From positions 64,001-128,000 of the forward strand of contig CAVXPZ010000002.1 of the NCBI GenBank assembly GCA_963763775.1: DNA of 64,000 nucleotides. The letters are read 5' to 3'. Every line of letters starts with the position of its first letter. Positions within the stretch are counted from its first letter, which is position 1. The notes below the pieces were generated by a model. It searched no databases and was not told where the DNA came from. It saw nothing but the letters and a program-made list of their open reading frames with translations. This stretch comes from an uncultured Chloroflexia bacterium. GTDB lineage: Bacteria; Chloroflexota; Limnocylindria; Limnocylindrales; CSP1-4. The position numbers and the translations under genes were made by a program. This document shows positions 52,489-60,626 of this stretch, one piece after another.

Positions 52489-53076
52489 ATGCCGACCCCC
52501 ATCGACGCCGACGTCGTCGTCCGGACCATCGCCGGTCCGTGGGGGCCGCTCCATGTCGCGGCGTCGGTCCGGGGCATCGTCGCGGCCGAGTCCGCGGTGA
52601 CGGACGAGGCCTTCCGGTCCGGCCTGCGGCGCCGACTCGGCGACCCCGGGGCGACCCGGTCGACCGCCGTCGCCCCCGACGACCTGCGGCTCGCCCTGCT
52701 CGATCGTGCGGAGACCGCGATCGGCGAGCTCCTGGCGGGCGGACCACCGCACGACGACGTCCCGGTGGACCTCGCGGACCGTCCGGTCTGGGATCAGCGA
52801 GTGTTGGCGGCCGTCCGGGCGGTGCCGTGGGGACGGACCGCGAGCTACGGCGAGATCGCCCGGCGGATCGGCGCGCCGCGGGCGGCCCGCGCGGTCGGCG
52901 GGGCGCTGGGCCGGAACCCGGTCACGCTCCTGATCCCGTGCCACCGGGTGATCGCCGCCGACGGCACCATCGGCGGGTACGGCGGCGACGGGTGGGGTGG
53001 GCGCGAGGCTGCCCTCGAGCGAAAGCGATCGCTGCTCGCGCGCGAGGGCGTCACGGTGGCCCAGCCGGACGGCTAG
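52489..53076 (+). CDS. ogt: Methylated-DNA--protein-cysteine methyltransferase
   Basis: [20 protein letters not shown]...IPCHRVI. Confidence 0.92.
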   Translation: MPTPIDADVVVRTIAGPWGPLHVAASVRGIVAAESAVTDEAFRSGLRRRLGDPGATRSTAVAPDDLRLALLDRAETAIGELLAGGPPHDDVPVDLADRPVWDQRVLAAVRAVPWGRTASYGEIARRIGAPRAARAVGGALGRNPVTLLIPCHRVIAADGTIGGYGGDGWGGREAALERKRSLLAREGVTVAQPDG

Positions 53077-53120
53077 ACTCCGCGCCACGTCGGCCGGGAC
53101 GCCGACCTCGCGGAGGACCC

Positions 53121-54929
53121 ATGGCGATCGCGGCGGCCCCAGCCCCCTCCATGTTCGCGGTCTTCCGCCGGCGCGACTTCTCGCTGCTGTGGATGGCGCA
53201 GCTCATCTCGACCGCCGGGTCGGCGCTGACCGACCTCGCCGCGGGCATCTGGGTCTACCGGGAGACCGGGTCCGCGCTCGCGGTCGGACTCACGCTCATG
53301 GCGACGGCGATCCCGAGCCTCATCGTGGGTCTGCTGGCCGGGGTGTACGTCGACCGCCACGACCGCAAGCGGATCATGATCATCACCTGCCTCGTCCAGG
53401 CGGTCGTGGTCGCCTGCATCGCGTTCGTCGTGCAGGCCGACATCATCGTCGGCCTGTATGCGCTGCTGCTCCTGAACGCAGGCGTGAAGCAGTTCTTCGA
53501 CCCGGCGCACGACAGCCTGATCCCGGAGCTCGCGAGCGACGAGGAGCTGGCCTCGGCGAACGCGTTCCTGTCGATCGCCTCGTTCGGCTCCACCGCGATC
53601 GGGTTCGCCGGCGCCGGGCTGCTGGCCAGCACGATCGGGCTCACGTGGGCCTTCATCATCGATGCCGCCTCGTTCGTGGTCGGCGCGGTCCTGATCGGGC
53701 TCATGGGCCACTACACCATGCCGCCGCCCGAGGAGGACGCGACGGTCGCGGTGATCATGGAGAACCTGCGCTCCGGGCTCTCGACGCTGTTCGGGACGCC
53801 GATCATCCGCTCGCTGTTCATCGTCGGCGCGTTCATGTTCGTCGCGTTCGGCCTCTGGAACGTGCTCCTGCTCCCGTTCTCGATCACCGTGCTCGGCGCG
53901 ACCGAGTTCGAGTACGGCCTGCAGGAGGGCCTCACGTCCGTCGGGTTCGTGATCGGCTCGCTGCTGATGGCCCGATTCGCGAACCGGCTGCCGGAACCGG
54001 CGTGGATCGTCGTCTCGCTGGTCGGCATGGGCCTCGCCGGCCTGCTGTACGCCACCGCGACCAGCGTGCCGTTCGCCATCCTCGTGGTGACCATCAGCGG
54101 GCTGCTCCAGCCGCCGTCCTCGGTGTCGCGAGCGGTCCTGCTCCAGCGGAACACCCCGCGCGAGATGCGCGGTCGCGTGTTCTCCGCGTTCTACGTCATG
54201 CGCGACGTCATCTTCCTCATCGGCATGGCCGGCGCGGGGCTCGCGGACATCATCGACATCCGGGTGCTCATCGTGGTCGCCTCGTGCCTGCTGTTCGTGT
54301 CCGCCGGGTTCACGCTGGTCGCCCCGGGGCTCGGTATCCGCACCTGGGGCGCCGCCGCCGCGCGGCTTCGCGCCGCAGCTGCGGCGCCGGGCATCGCGGG
54401 GGCACCGAGGCGCGTCGCGACCATGGCGGACTTCGACCGGCTCGCCGGCCGGACCAGCGCGTTCGCGAACCTGTCGCCGACGCAGCGCGAGGCGTTCATC
54501 GCCGACGCCAGCGTCCACGACATCGAGGCCGGCACGCGAGTCCTCGAGCATGGCGACGCGGCGACGAGCGCCTATTTCATCCTCGAAGGGTCGACGACGG
54601 CCGGCGTCCCCACCGAGGGCGGTTACCGCGGACTCTCGACGATGGCCGCCGGCGACTTCTTCGGGGAGATCGCGGCGCTGACCGGCAGCGTGCGGACGGC
54701 CGACGTCGTGGCGGACACGAACGCCGTCCTGCTCGAGGTGCCGGCCGAGGCGCTTCGCGGGGCGATGGCGGTCCCGGAGGTCGACCGTCTGGTGATGTCG
54801 ACCCTGAACAGCCGGATCCAGCGGACCGAGAACGCCGACCTGCCGAGGCTCGCGGGCGTCGACCAGGCATCACTCAAGGACCTGCGGACGTCGCACGTCG
54901 AGGCCGACGCCGAGGCCGCCGCGTCCTGA
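53121..54929 (+). CDS. MFS transporter with C-terminal cyclic-nucleotide-binding domain
   Basis: RDFSLLWMAQLIS, AGVYVDRHDRK (motif A), about 12 hydrophobic segments, MRGRVFS, then AYFILEG...FFGEIAAL...RTADV. Confidence 0.9.
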   Translation: MAIAAAPAPSMFAVFRRRDFSLLWMAQLISTAGSALTDLAAGIWVYRETGSALAVGLTLMATAIPSLIVGLLAGVYVDRHDRKRIMIITCLVQAVVVACIAFVVQADIIVGLYALLLLNAGVKQFFDPAHDSLIPELASDEELASANAFLSIASFGSTAIGFAGAGLLASTIGLTWAFIIDAASFVVGAVLIGLMGHYTMPPPEEDATVAVIMENLRSGLSTLFGTPIIRSLFIVGAFMFVAFGLWNVLLLPFSITVLGATEFEYGLQEGLTSVGFVIGSLLMARFANRLPEPAWIVVSLVGMGLAGLLYATATSVPFAILVVTISGLLQPPSSVSRAVLLQRNTPREMRGRVFSAFYVMRDVIFLIGMAGAGLADIIDIRVLIVVASCLLFVSAGFTLVAPGLGIRTWGAAAARLRAAAAAPGIAGAPRRVATMADFDRLAGRTSAFANLSPTQREAFIADASVHDIEAGTRVLEHGDAATSAYFILEGSTTAGVPTEGGYRGLSTMAAGDFFGEIAALTGSVRTADVVADTNAVLLEVPAEALRGAMAVPEVDRLVMSTLNSRIQRTENADLPRLAGVDQASLKDLRTSHVEADAEAAAS

Positions 54930-54942
54930 CCCACGCTCGGGC

Positions 54943-55008
54943 TGTCGGGCAGCTGACAGCGGCAGGGTCGCAGGTGGACTTCACCGAGCCCCGACCGTGG
55001 CCTAAGGT
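54943..55008 (+). promoter_or_regulatory. Candidate Crp/CooA-type site (TGTCG-N6-TGACA) plus TTCACC-N17-TAAGGT promoter for the peptide gene
   Basis: Palindrome at 54943-54958; -35 at 54980-54985; -10 at 55003-55008. Confidence 0.45.
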
Positions 55009-55041
55009 TCGGTCATCCAGGAAGGACGAAGGAGGCGCGAG

Positions 55042-55245
55042 ATGCAGAAGAAGATCCAGCTCCCGAAGGAAGCCGGCGTCGGACCCGAGGATGCGACCAA
55101 GCGGCACACCGCGCTCGACGAGGACGATGTCGAGGGCCACCGCGTCGCCACGAAGAACCCCGAGCCCTTCTCCCCGCACCTCCCCTCGACGGGCGGCGAG
55201 CTGACGGACGACGCCCCCGGCAGCGAGGACCTCGCCAAGCGCTAG
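55042..55245 (+). CDS. 67-aa acidic peptide of unknown function (DDVEGH motif)
   Basis: Strong RBS AAGGAGG, GC3-rich codons, and a hairpin downstream. Confidence 0.8.
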   Translation: MQKKIQLPKEAGVGPEDATKRHTALDEDDVEGHRVATKNPEPFSPHLPSTGGELTDDAPGSEDLAKR

Positions 55246-55268
55246 GTTCGCGCATCGAGCGCCGATCG

Positions 55269-55302
55269 GAGACCGTCCCGTCCGACTGGACCGGACGGTC
55301 TC
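55269..55302. terminator. Hairpin between the convergent peptide and S8 peptidase genes
   Basis: GAGACCGTCC...GGACGGTCTC 10-bp stem plus inner GTCC/GGAC. Confidence 0.7.
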
Positions 55303-55303
55303 T

Positions 55304-56140
55304 TCACGTCCGGGTCTCGCCGGGGTCGTTCGCCGTCGCGGCGAGGAGGCTCTTGATCTCGAACGGGCTCGCGTCCGGATACCGGCTGCAGAGGCGCGCC
55401 GCCTGGCCCGCGAGATGCGGGGCCGCGAACGAGTTCCCGGTGACGCGGATCCGGGTCCCGCCGAGCCAGGCCACGTCCACATCGACGCCGTGCGCCCCGA
55501 ACTCGACCGGCGGCGCGGGGTTGTAGAACCAGATCGACGGGTCGCCGAGGTCGTGGGCGGCCGTCGAGATGACCGTCGCGAAGAGCGAGGGGTACGACGG
55601 CCCCAGGACGTTGTTCGCGGCACTCACGAAGAGGGTGTTCGCGAAGTAGGCGCGGTCCGCCGTCTCGTGGAAGAGTCCGTGCAGGGCCTCGCTCCGCGAC
55701 GACAGGCTCAGGTTCACGACCCGGATGCCCTCGTCGATCGCCCAGTCGAGGGCGGTCAGGAACGCGAGCCCCTTGCCGCGGTTGTCCGGTCCGAGGACCC
55801 GCACCGACACGAGCGACGCCGCCGGCGCGATGGCGTGGATGATCCCGGCGCACGCCGTGCCGTGGCCGACGACGTCGACGCCGGCGGGGTCGTCGGCGAT
55901 CGTGGCGTCCTCGCCGTCGATCTCGACGCGGACACTCCGAACGAGCCGGCCGCCGACCGCCGGGTGGTCGCGCTCCACCCCTGAATCGATGATGGCGACC
56001 GTGACACCGTCACCGTCGCTCTCGCCGAAGACCGCATCACGCTCCAGGCGGCCGAACGGCCGCTCGCGGGTCAGGGTGGACCGGCGACCGGCCGCGAACG
56101 GCTCGCTCCAGGCTGGGAGCGGCAGGTCCGCCTCGGTCAC
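55304..56140 (-). CDS. Compact S8 (subtilisin-like) serine peptidase lacking a signal peptide
   Basis: AIIDSG (Asp), GHGTACAG (His), AANN (oxyanion Asn), TGNSFAAP (Ser). Confidence 0.92.
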   Translation of the reverse strand: MTEADLPLPAWSEPFAAGRRSTLTRERPFGRLERDAVFGESDGDGVTVAIIDSGVERDHPAVGGRLVRSVRVEIDGEDATIADDPAGVDVVGHGTACAGIIHAIAPAASLVSVRVLGPDNRGKGLAFLTALDWAIDEGIRVVNLSLSSRSEALHGLFHETADRAYFANTLFVSAANNVLGPSYPSLFATVISTAAHDLGDPSIWFYNPAPPVEFGAHGVDVDVAWLGGTRIRVTGNSFAAPHLAGQAARLCSRYPDASPFEIKSLLAATANDPGETRT

Positions 56141-56955
56141 GACCGCGACGGCCGATGCGGACCGCGGCGGGCGTTGCGCCGCAGGACCGCGTCGAGGATG
56201 TCGACGACGAGGTCGGCGTCGTCCGCATCGATCGCCCGCAGCCGCGCGAGCCGGTCCGCGATCCGCCAGACCGGCGCGTCCTCGGTGGCCTCGCCGGTGA
56301 ACGCGGCACCGACCAATGCCTCGATCGCGGCGTCGTCGAGCGCGCCGGGCGCGGCCGCCGCGACCGAGATCAGCGCGTCGCGGAGGAGATGCGCCCCGTG
56401 CCGCTCGAGGCGCGTCGCCTGGATCGCGACACTCGCCTGTCGGGCGAACACCGTCGCGAGCTCGATGTCGCGCAGGCCGAAGGTCGTCCCGTCGAGTCGG
56501 TCGAGGATCTCGAGGACGCCGATGACGTCCGCATCGGCGACGAGCGGCACCGCCAGCAGCGACCGCGGGACGTAGCCGGTCCGTTCCGCGGCGTCACGGC
56601 CGAACCGCGGATCGGCGGCCACGTCGCCGATCACCAGCGGAGAGCCGGTCGCGAACACATATCCGGCGACGCCCTCGCCGGGCTCGATGCTGAGGCCGAT
56701 GACGCCCTCGCCTCGGGCGCCGGCCGCGACGCGAAAGACGAGTCGGTCCGTCGAGGGATCGTGGAGGGCCAGCGACGCCGCCTCGGACCCGAACATCGCG
56801 ACCGTGGCCTCGACGATGCTCCGCAGCACGGCCTCGCCACCGGGCGGCTCGAGCCGGCTCGCCGCATCGAGTCGGCGGGCGACGGCCGTCAGTGCCCCGA
56901 GGGCCGCCGCCAGGTCGGCGGAGGAGCCCGCGCCCGGGTCTCGGGGCTCGCTCAC
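56137..56955 (-). CDS. Stand-alone GAF-domain protein
   Basis: AASLALHD, GEGVAGYVFATG.P..I.DVAADPRF, SLLAVPL...VIGVLE, F...D.ELA..FA. GTG overlaps the Crp stop. Confidence 0.88.
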   Translation of the reverse strand: MSEPRDPGAGSSADLAAALGALTAVARRLDAASRLEPPGGEAVLRSIVEATVAMFGSEAASLALHDPSTDRLVFRVAAGARGEGVIGLSIEPGEGVAGYVFATGSPLVIGDVAADPRFGRDAAERTGYVPRSLLAVPLVADADVIGVLEILDRLDGTTFGLRDIELATVFARQASVAIQATRLERHGAHLLRDALISVAAAAPGALDDAAIEALVGAAFTGEATEDAPVWRIADRLARLRAIDADDADLVVDILDAVLRRNARRGPHRPSRS

Positions 56956-57669
56956 CGACGCACCGCATCCGCCAGGCGTCCGGGGTCCGGGACCACCAGC
57001 ACGTCCCCGTCGAAACGCAGCACGTCGTCGGCGACCAGCTCGGCCAGCAGCCGGTTGACCGACTGGCGTGACCCGCCGATCATCCCCGCGAGCTCGGCCT
57101 GGGTATACGGCCACGGCGAGCTGCGCCCCACCGGCCGGCCACCCGTCGTCGCCATCGCCGCCGATCGACCGGAGGATGTGCTTGGCGAGGCGCCCCGACA
57201 GGTCGAGGAAGTGCAGGTCTTCGACCTGGGCGGTCAGCCGACGGACCTCGGTCGCGAGCGAAGCGAGCAGCGCCCGGCGCATCCCCGACTCCTGGTCGAG
57301 CAGCCGGTCGAACGCCTCGCGACGCAGGATGAGGACGATGGTCTCCTCGAGCGACTCGACCGTCGCCGATCGTGGCGCGCCGTCCAGCAGCGACAGCTCC
57401 CCGAAGAAGCCGCCCGGACCGATGGTCGCGAGGATGGCGGGCTCGGCGCCGTCGTCGGACGGGAGGACGACCTTGACCGAGCCGCTGACGACGACGAAGA
57501 GGGCGTCCGCCGGATCGCCGACGTGGAAGATGACCTCACCGCGGCGCGACCTTCGCTGTCGCATGGCGTCGACGCAGAGGTCGACGGAGCGTTCGTCGAG
57601 GTCCGCGAACAGCCGGCAGGCGCGCAGCGCGTCGTGGCCGATCGAGCGGTCGAATGCCGTGAGCACCAT
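56952..57669 (-). CDS. Crp/Fnr family transcriptional regulator; +1 frameshift near 57117
   Basis: FHVGD, SGSVKV, FFGELSLLDGAPRSA, RLAK; HTH TQAELAGMIGGSRQSVNRLL in the adjacent frame. Confidence 0.9.
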
Positions 57670-57696
57670 GCACGCCATCGTACGGCGTGCGGACCG

Positions 57697-58377
57697 CTAC
57701 GGGCGCGGCACCGGGCGCATCGGGTAGACGCCGATCACGACGGGCGTCCGGGGGTCGAGCGAGAGCTCGTAGCCGACCTCGCCGGCGCGGACCAGCTCGC
57801 CGAGCAACTGCCCCTCGCGGGCCGGCAGCCCGACGAAGATGCGCCCGGGATCGAGGTCGATCGGGCTGACGTCGTCGTCGCCGGTGTCGATCGCGAACCG
57901 ACGCCGCAGCTCGTGCATCGGCACGTAGGGACGGCTCTTGATGAAGCGGCGCAGCTGCGGGGCGGTGCACGCCGTGCCGCGGTCCCCGCCGTTCATCGGC
58001 CGATCCTGAGGGCCGGAGGGCGGCCCGTGGCCCGGCGCGGGCATCGGGCCGGACGGACGCGAGGGCGGCACGACCGAGGGAGCCGGTCGCTCGATGGGCG
58101 GGGCGTTCCCCGGCGCGGCGTTCCCGCCGGCGGGGGCGGGGGCGGCGCTCGGCGGGAGCGAGGCCGGCGTCGGGAGCGCGGGCTGCGCCGCGGACGCGGT
58201 CGGCGCAGCAGGCGCGGTCGGCGCGGATGGGGCCCCCGACGGCAGCGCGGGCTTCTCCGCCGGGATCGCGGGCAGCTCGGCAGCCTGGACGGCGCGAGGC
58301 TCGCCCGGCTGGCCCGGACGTGGTCCGGGCTGGCGGGCGCGCTCGTGGTGGTGCGCGCGACCGCGGCGCCGGCTCAT
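57697..58377 (-). CDS. Hypothetical protein with Pro/Ala-rich N-terminus and compact C-terminal domain
   Basis: A low-complexity linker precedes CTAPQLRRFIKSRPYVPMHELRRRF...VGYELSLDP...IGVYPMR. Start uncertain. Confidence 0.65.
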   Translation of the reverse strand: MSRRRGRAHHHERARQPGPRPGQPGEPRAVQAAELPAIPAEKPALPSGAPSAPTAPAAPTASAAQPALPTPASLPPSAAPAPAGGNAAPGNAPPIERPAPSVVPPSRPSGPMPAPGHGPPSGPQDRPMNGGDRGTACTAPQLRRFIKSRPYVPMHELRRRFAIDTGDDDVSPIDLDPGRIFVGLPAREGQLLGELVRAGEVGYELSLDPRTPVVIGVYPMRPVPRP

Positions 58378-58527
58378 CGGTCGGTCGACCCGGGCTGGAC
58401 GGCTCGGATCGGTGCGGCGCCGCTGTGGCAGCGCTGGAAGGTCAGGTTCATCAGGTCTCGGAGGAGGGCGGCTCGATCAGGCAGGGCCGTCGCCCGATGA
58501 TACCGCACGCTCCGATGGGCGCCGGGC

Positions 58528-59685
58528 TCAGCCGTCGACGACGTACAGCTCCCGAGCGGCCTCGTTGAGCACGACCGGCCCGTCCGGGCCACACGCGACG
58601 ATGTCCTCGATCCGCGCCCCGTACTCGCCGACGAGGTAGATCCCGGGCTCCACGGAGAACGTCATGCCCTCGCGGAGCGCCAGCGCATTGCCCGCGACCA
58701 GGTAGGGGTCCTCGTGGCCGTCGAGGCCGATCCCGTGGCCCGTCCGATGGAAGAACGCCTCGCCGTAGCCCGCGGCGTCGATCGGCCGGCGAGCCGCCGC
58801 GTCGATGTCCTCGCACGCCTCGCCGGGCCGGACCGCGGCGGTGGCCGCCGCCTGGGCGGCGTACAGCACGCCGAAGAGCTGCTGGAACCCGTCGTCGGGC
58901 CCCTTGGCCGGGTCGCCGCCGGTCACCCACAGGGTCCTCGTGATGTCCGATCCGTACCCGCCGAGCACGCCGCCGATGTCGAGCACGATGGGCTCGCCCG
59001 CGCCGATGACGCGGTCCGACGCCTCGTGGTGCGGCGACGCCGAGTTCGGTCCGGAGGCGACGATCGCGAACAGCCCGACGTCGTGACCCTCCTCGATGAG
59101 GCGTGCCGTGACCTCGCTGGCGACGTCCGCCTCGGTCCGCCCGATCAGCCGGCCCGCGGCGATGCTCGCGACGACCCGGTCGGCGGCGTGGGCAGCGAGC
59201 GTCAGCAGGGCGATCTCGTCCGTGTCCTTGATCATCCGCAGGTCGCGCAGCACCGAGGACGCGAGCCGGAACGCCCCGTCGGGGAGTTCGCCCTGGAGTC
59301 GCAGCAGGTGCATGGCGATGAGCGTGTCCGAGACCGCGAATCGGCTCGCGTGGGGCCGGCGTGCCCGGACGTGGCCGGCGACGAGGGCGTAGGCATCCTC
59401 GGTCTCACCCCAGGTGAGGATGTCGACGTCCGTCCGGAGACCGCGCTCCGCCGCGCCACGCTCCAGTCGCGGGACGACGATCACCGGTTCGTGCCCCGGC
59501 ACCACGACGAGCATCGTCAGGCGCTCGAGCGGCATCGCCTCGTAGCCGGTGAGGTAGCGGAGATCAGATCCGACGCCGATGAGGAGCGCGTCGAGCCCGG
59601 CGGCGGCGGCCGCCTCGCCGGCCGCCGCGAGGCGTGCCGCGTAGCGAGTGCCGGGGATCGTCGGACGAGCCATGTCGATGGTCAT
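58528..59685 (-). CDS. M24 Xaa-Pro peptidase
   Basis: DLRYLTGY, LRMIK, GPNSASPHH, D..SDITRT, HRTGHGIG, EPGIY, RIED. Confidence 0.93.
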   Translation of the reverse strand: MTIDMARPTIPGTRYAARLAAAGEAAAAAGLDALLIGVGSDLRYLTGYEAMPLERLTMLVVVPGHEPVIVVPRLERGAAERGLRTDVDILTWGETEDAYALVAGHVRARRPHASRFAVSDTLIAMHLLRLQGELPDGAFRLASSVLRDLRMIKDTDEIALLTLAAHAADRVVASIAAGRLIGRTEADVASEVTARLIEEGHDVGLFAIVASGPNSASPHHEASDRVIGAGEPIVLDIGGVLGGYGSDITRTLWVTGGDPAKGPDDGFQQLFGVLYAAQAAATAAVRPGEACEDIDAAARRPIDAAGYGEAFFHRTGHGIGLDGHEDPYLVAGNALALREGMTFSVEPGIYLVGEYGARIEDIVACGPDGPVVLNEAARELYVVDG

Positions 59686-60110
59686 CGGGCCGTCGCGCCG
59701 GTCGGCGTCATCCATGCGGCCAGCTTGCCGGGGCCGTCCTCGAACAGGACGCGGTACGCGTAGACGCGGTCGGCCCCGGCCGCGATCGCGCGATCCCGGA
59801 GCTCGCGGTCGTCGTGTTGGCCGACCGCGAGGACGCGGACGCCCACCCGGGCGGCCAGCTCGATCGCGGCGATGCCGTCGTACGCCCGCGCGGTCAGGTC
59901 GACGACCGCGAACGCGACGCCTGCGAGGGCGGCTTCGAACCGCTGGAGCGAGGTGACCGTCGACGGGGCCGCACCGGCGGCGCGCGCCGCCCGGGCGAGC
60001 CGGTCGGCCCAGATGAGGTCGTCGGCGAGGATCAGGACGATCGGCGCTTCCGTCGGCAGGTCGGTGGCCACGTCCGCGGGGGCGTCGGCGGGCGCGGGCA
60101 CCTCGGTCAC
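59682..60110 (-). CDS. Receiver-like (atypical CheY-fold) small protein
   Basis: ILADDL, VVDL, LAVGQH, AAGAD; lacks the canonical Lys. Confidence 0.6.
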   Translation of the reverse strand: MTEVPAPADAPADVATDLPTEAPIVLILADDLIWADRLARAARAAGAAPSTVTSLQRFEAALAGVAFAVVDLTARAYDGIAAIELAARVGVRVLAVGQHDDRELRDRAIAAGADRVYAYRVLFEDGPGKLAAWMTPTGATAR

Positions 60111-60607
60111 GCGAAGCGCTCGGCCAGGTGGTGGAAGACGTCGCGCGCGGTCACGACACCGGTGGGACGACCGTCCTCGACGATCGGGATGTGCCGGAAT
60201 CCCCCGACGGCCATCTTGTGGATCGCGATGGCGATCGGGTCGTCGTGGCGGAGGACGACCGGGTCCGGCGTCATGAAGTCGCGCACGTGGAAGGCCTCGA
60301 GCCGCTTCCCGGCGGCCTTCACGACCGCGTCACGATCCGTGAAGATGCCGACGAGTCGGTCGCCGGCCATCACGAGCACGCAATCGACGGCGGACTGGTT
60401 CATCAGCGAGATCGCCACGTCGACCGGGGTGTCGGGGCCGACGGTGACCGGCGGCGGCGCGCCGAGGTCGTCGAGATGCTCGCCAAGGAGGCGACCATGG
60501 AACGACGAGAGCGCCTGGGGGACATCCGCGCCGGCGAGGTCCGCGCCGCAGTTGTCGCAGACCTCGGCCCCCATCAGGTTGTAGTGGCCACAGACCGGGC
60601 AGTCCAT
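60107..60607 (-). CDS. Zinc-ribbon plus CBS-pair protein
   Basis: CPVCGHYN...CDNCG, LVGIFTDRD, FMTPDP, FRHIPIV. Confidence 0.88.
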   Translation of the reverse strand: MDCPVCGHYNLMGAEVCDNCGADLAGADVPQALSSFHGRLLGEHLDDLGAPPPVTVGPDTPVDVAISLMNQSAVDCVLVMAGDRLVGIFTDRDAVVKAAGKRLEAFHVRDFMTPDPVVLRHDDPIAIAIHKMAVGGFRHIPIVEDGRPTGVVTARDVFHHLAERFA

Positions 60608-60626
60608 CTCGCCTTCCCTCCCCCTC

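Noticed and set aside
56137-57678. Apparent cNMP-GAF fusion protein (513-aa ORF)
   Set aside because: A complete Crp HTH lies in the adjacent frame and ends at a GTGA overlap with the GAF start. One extra base near 57117 explains the fusion.
58080-58240. Repeat array in the Pro/Ala-rich region
   Set aside because: It is low-complexity coding sequence with no regular repeat-spacer structure.
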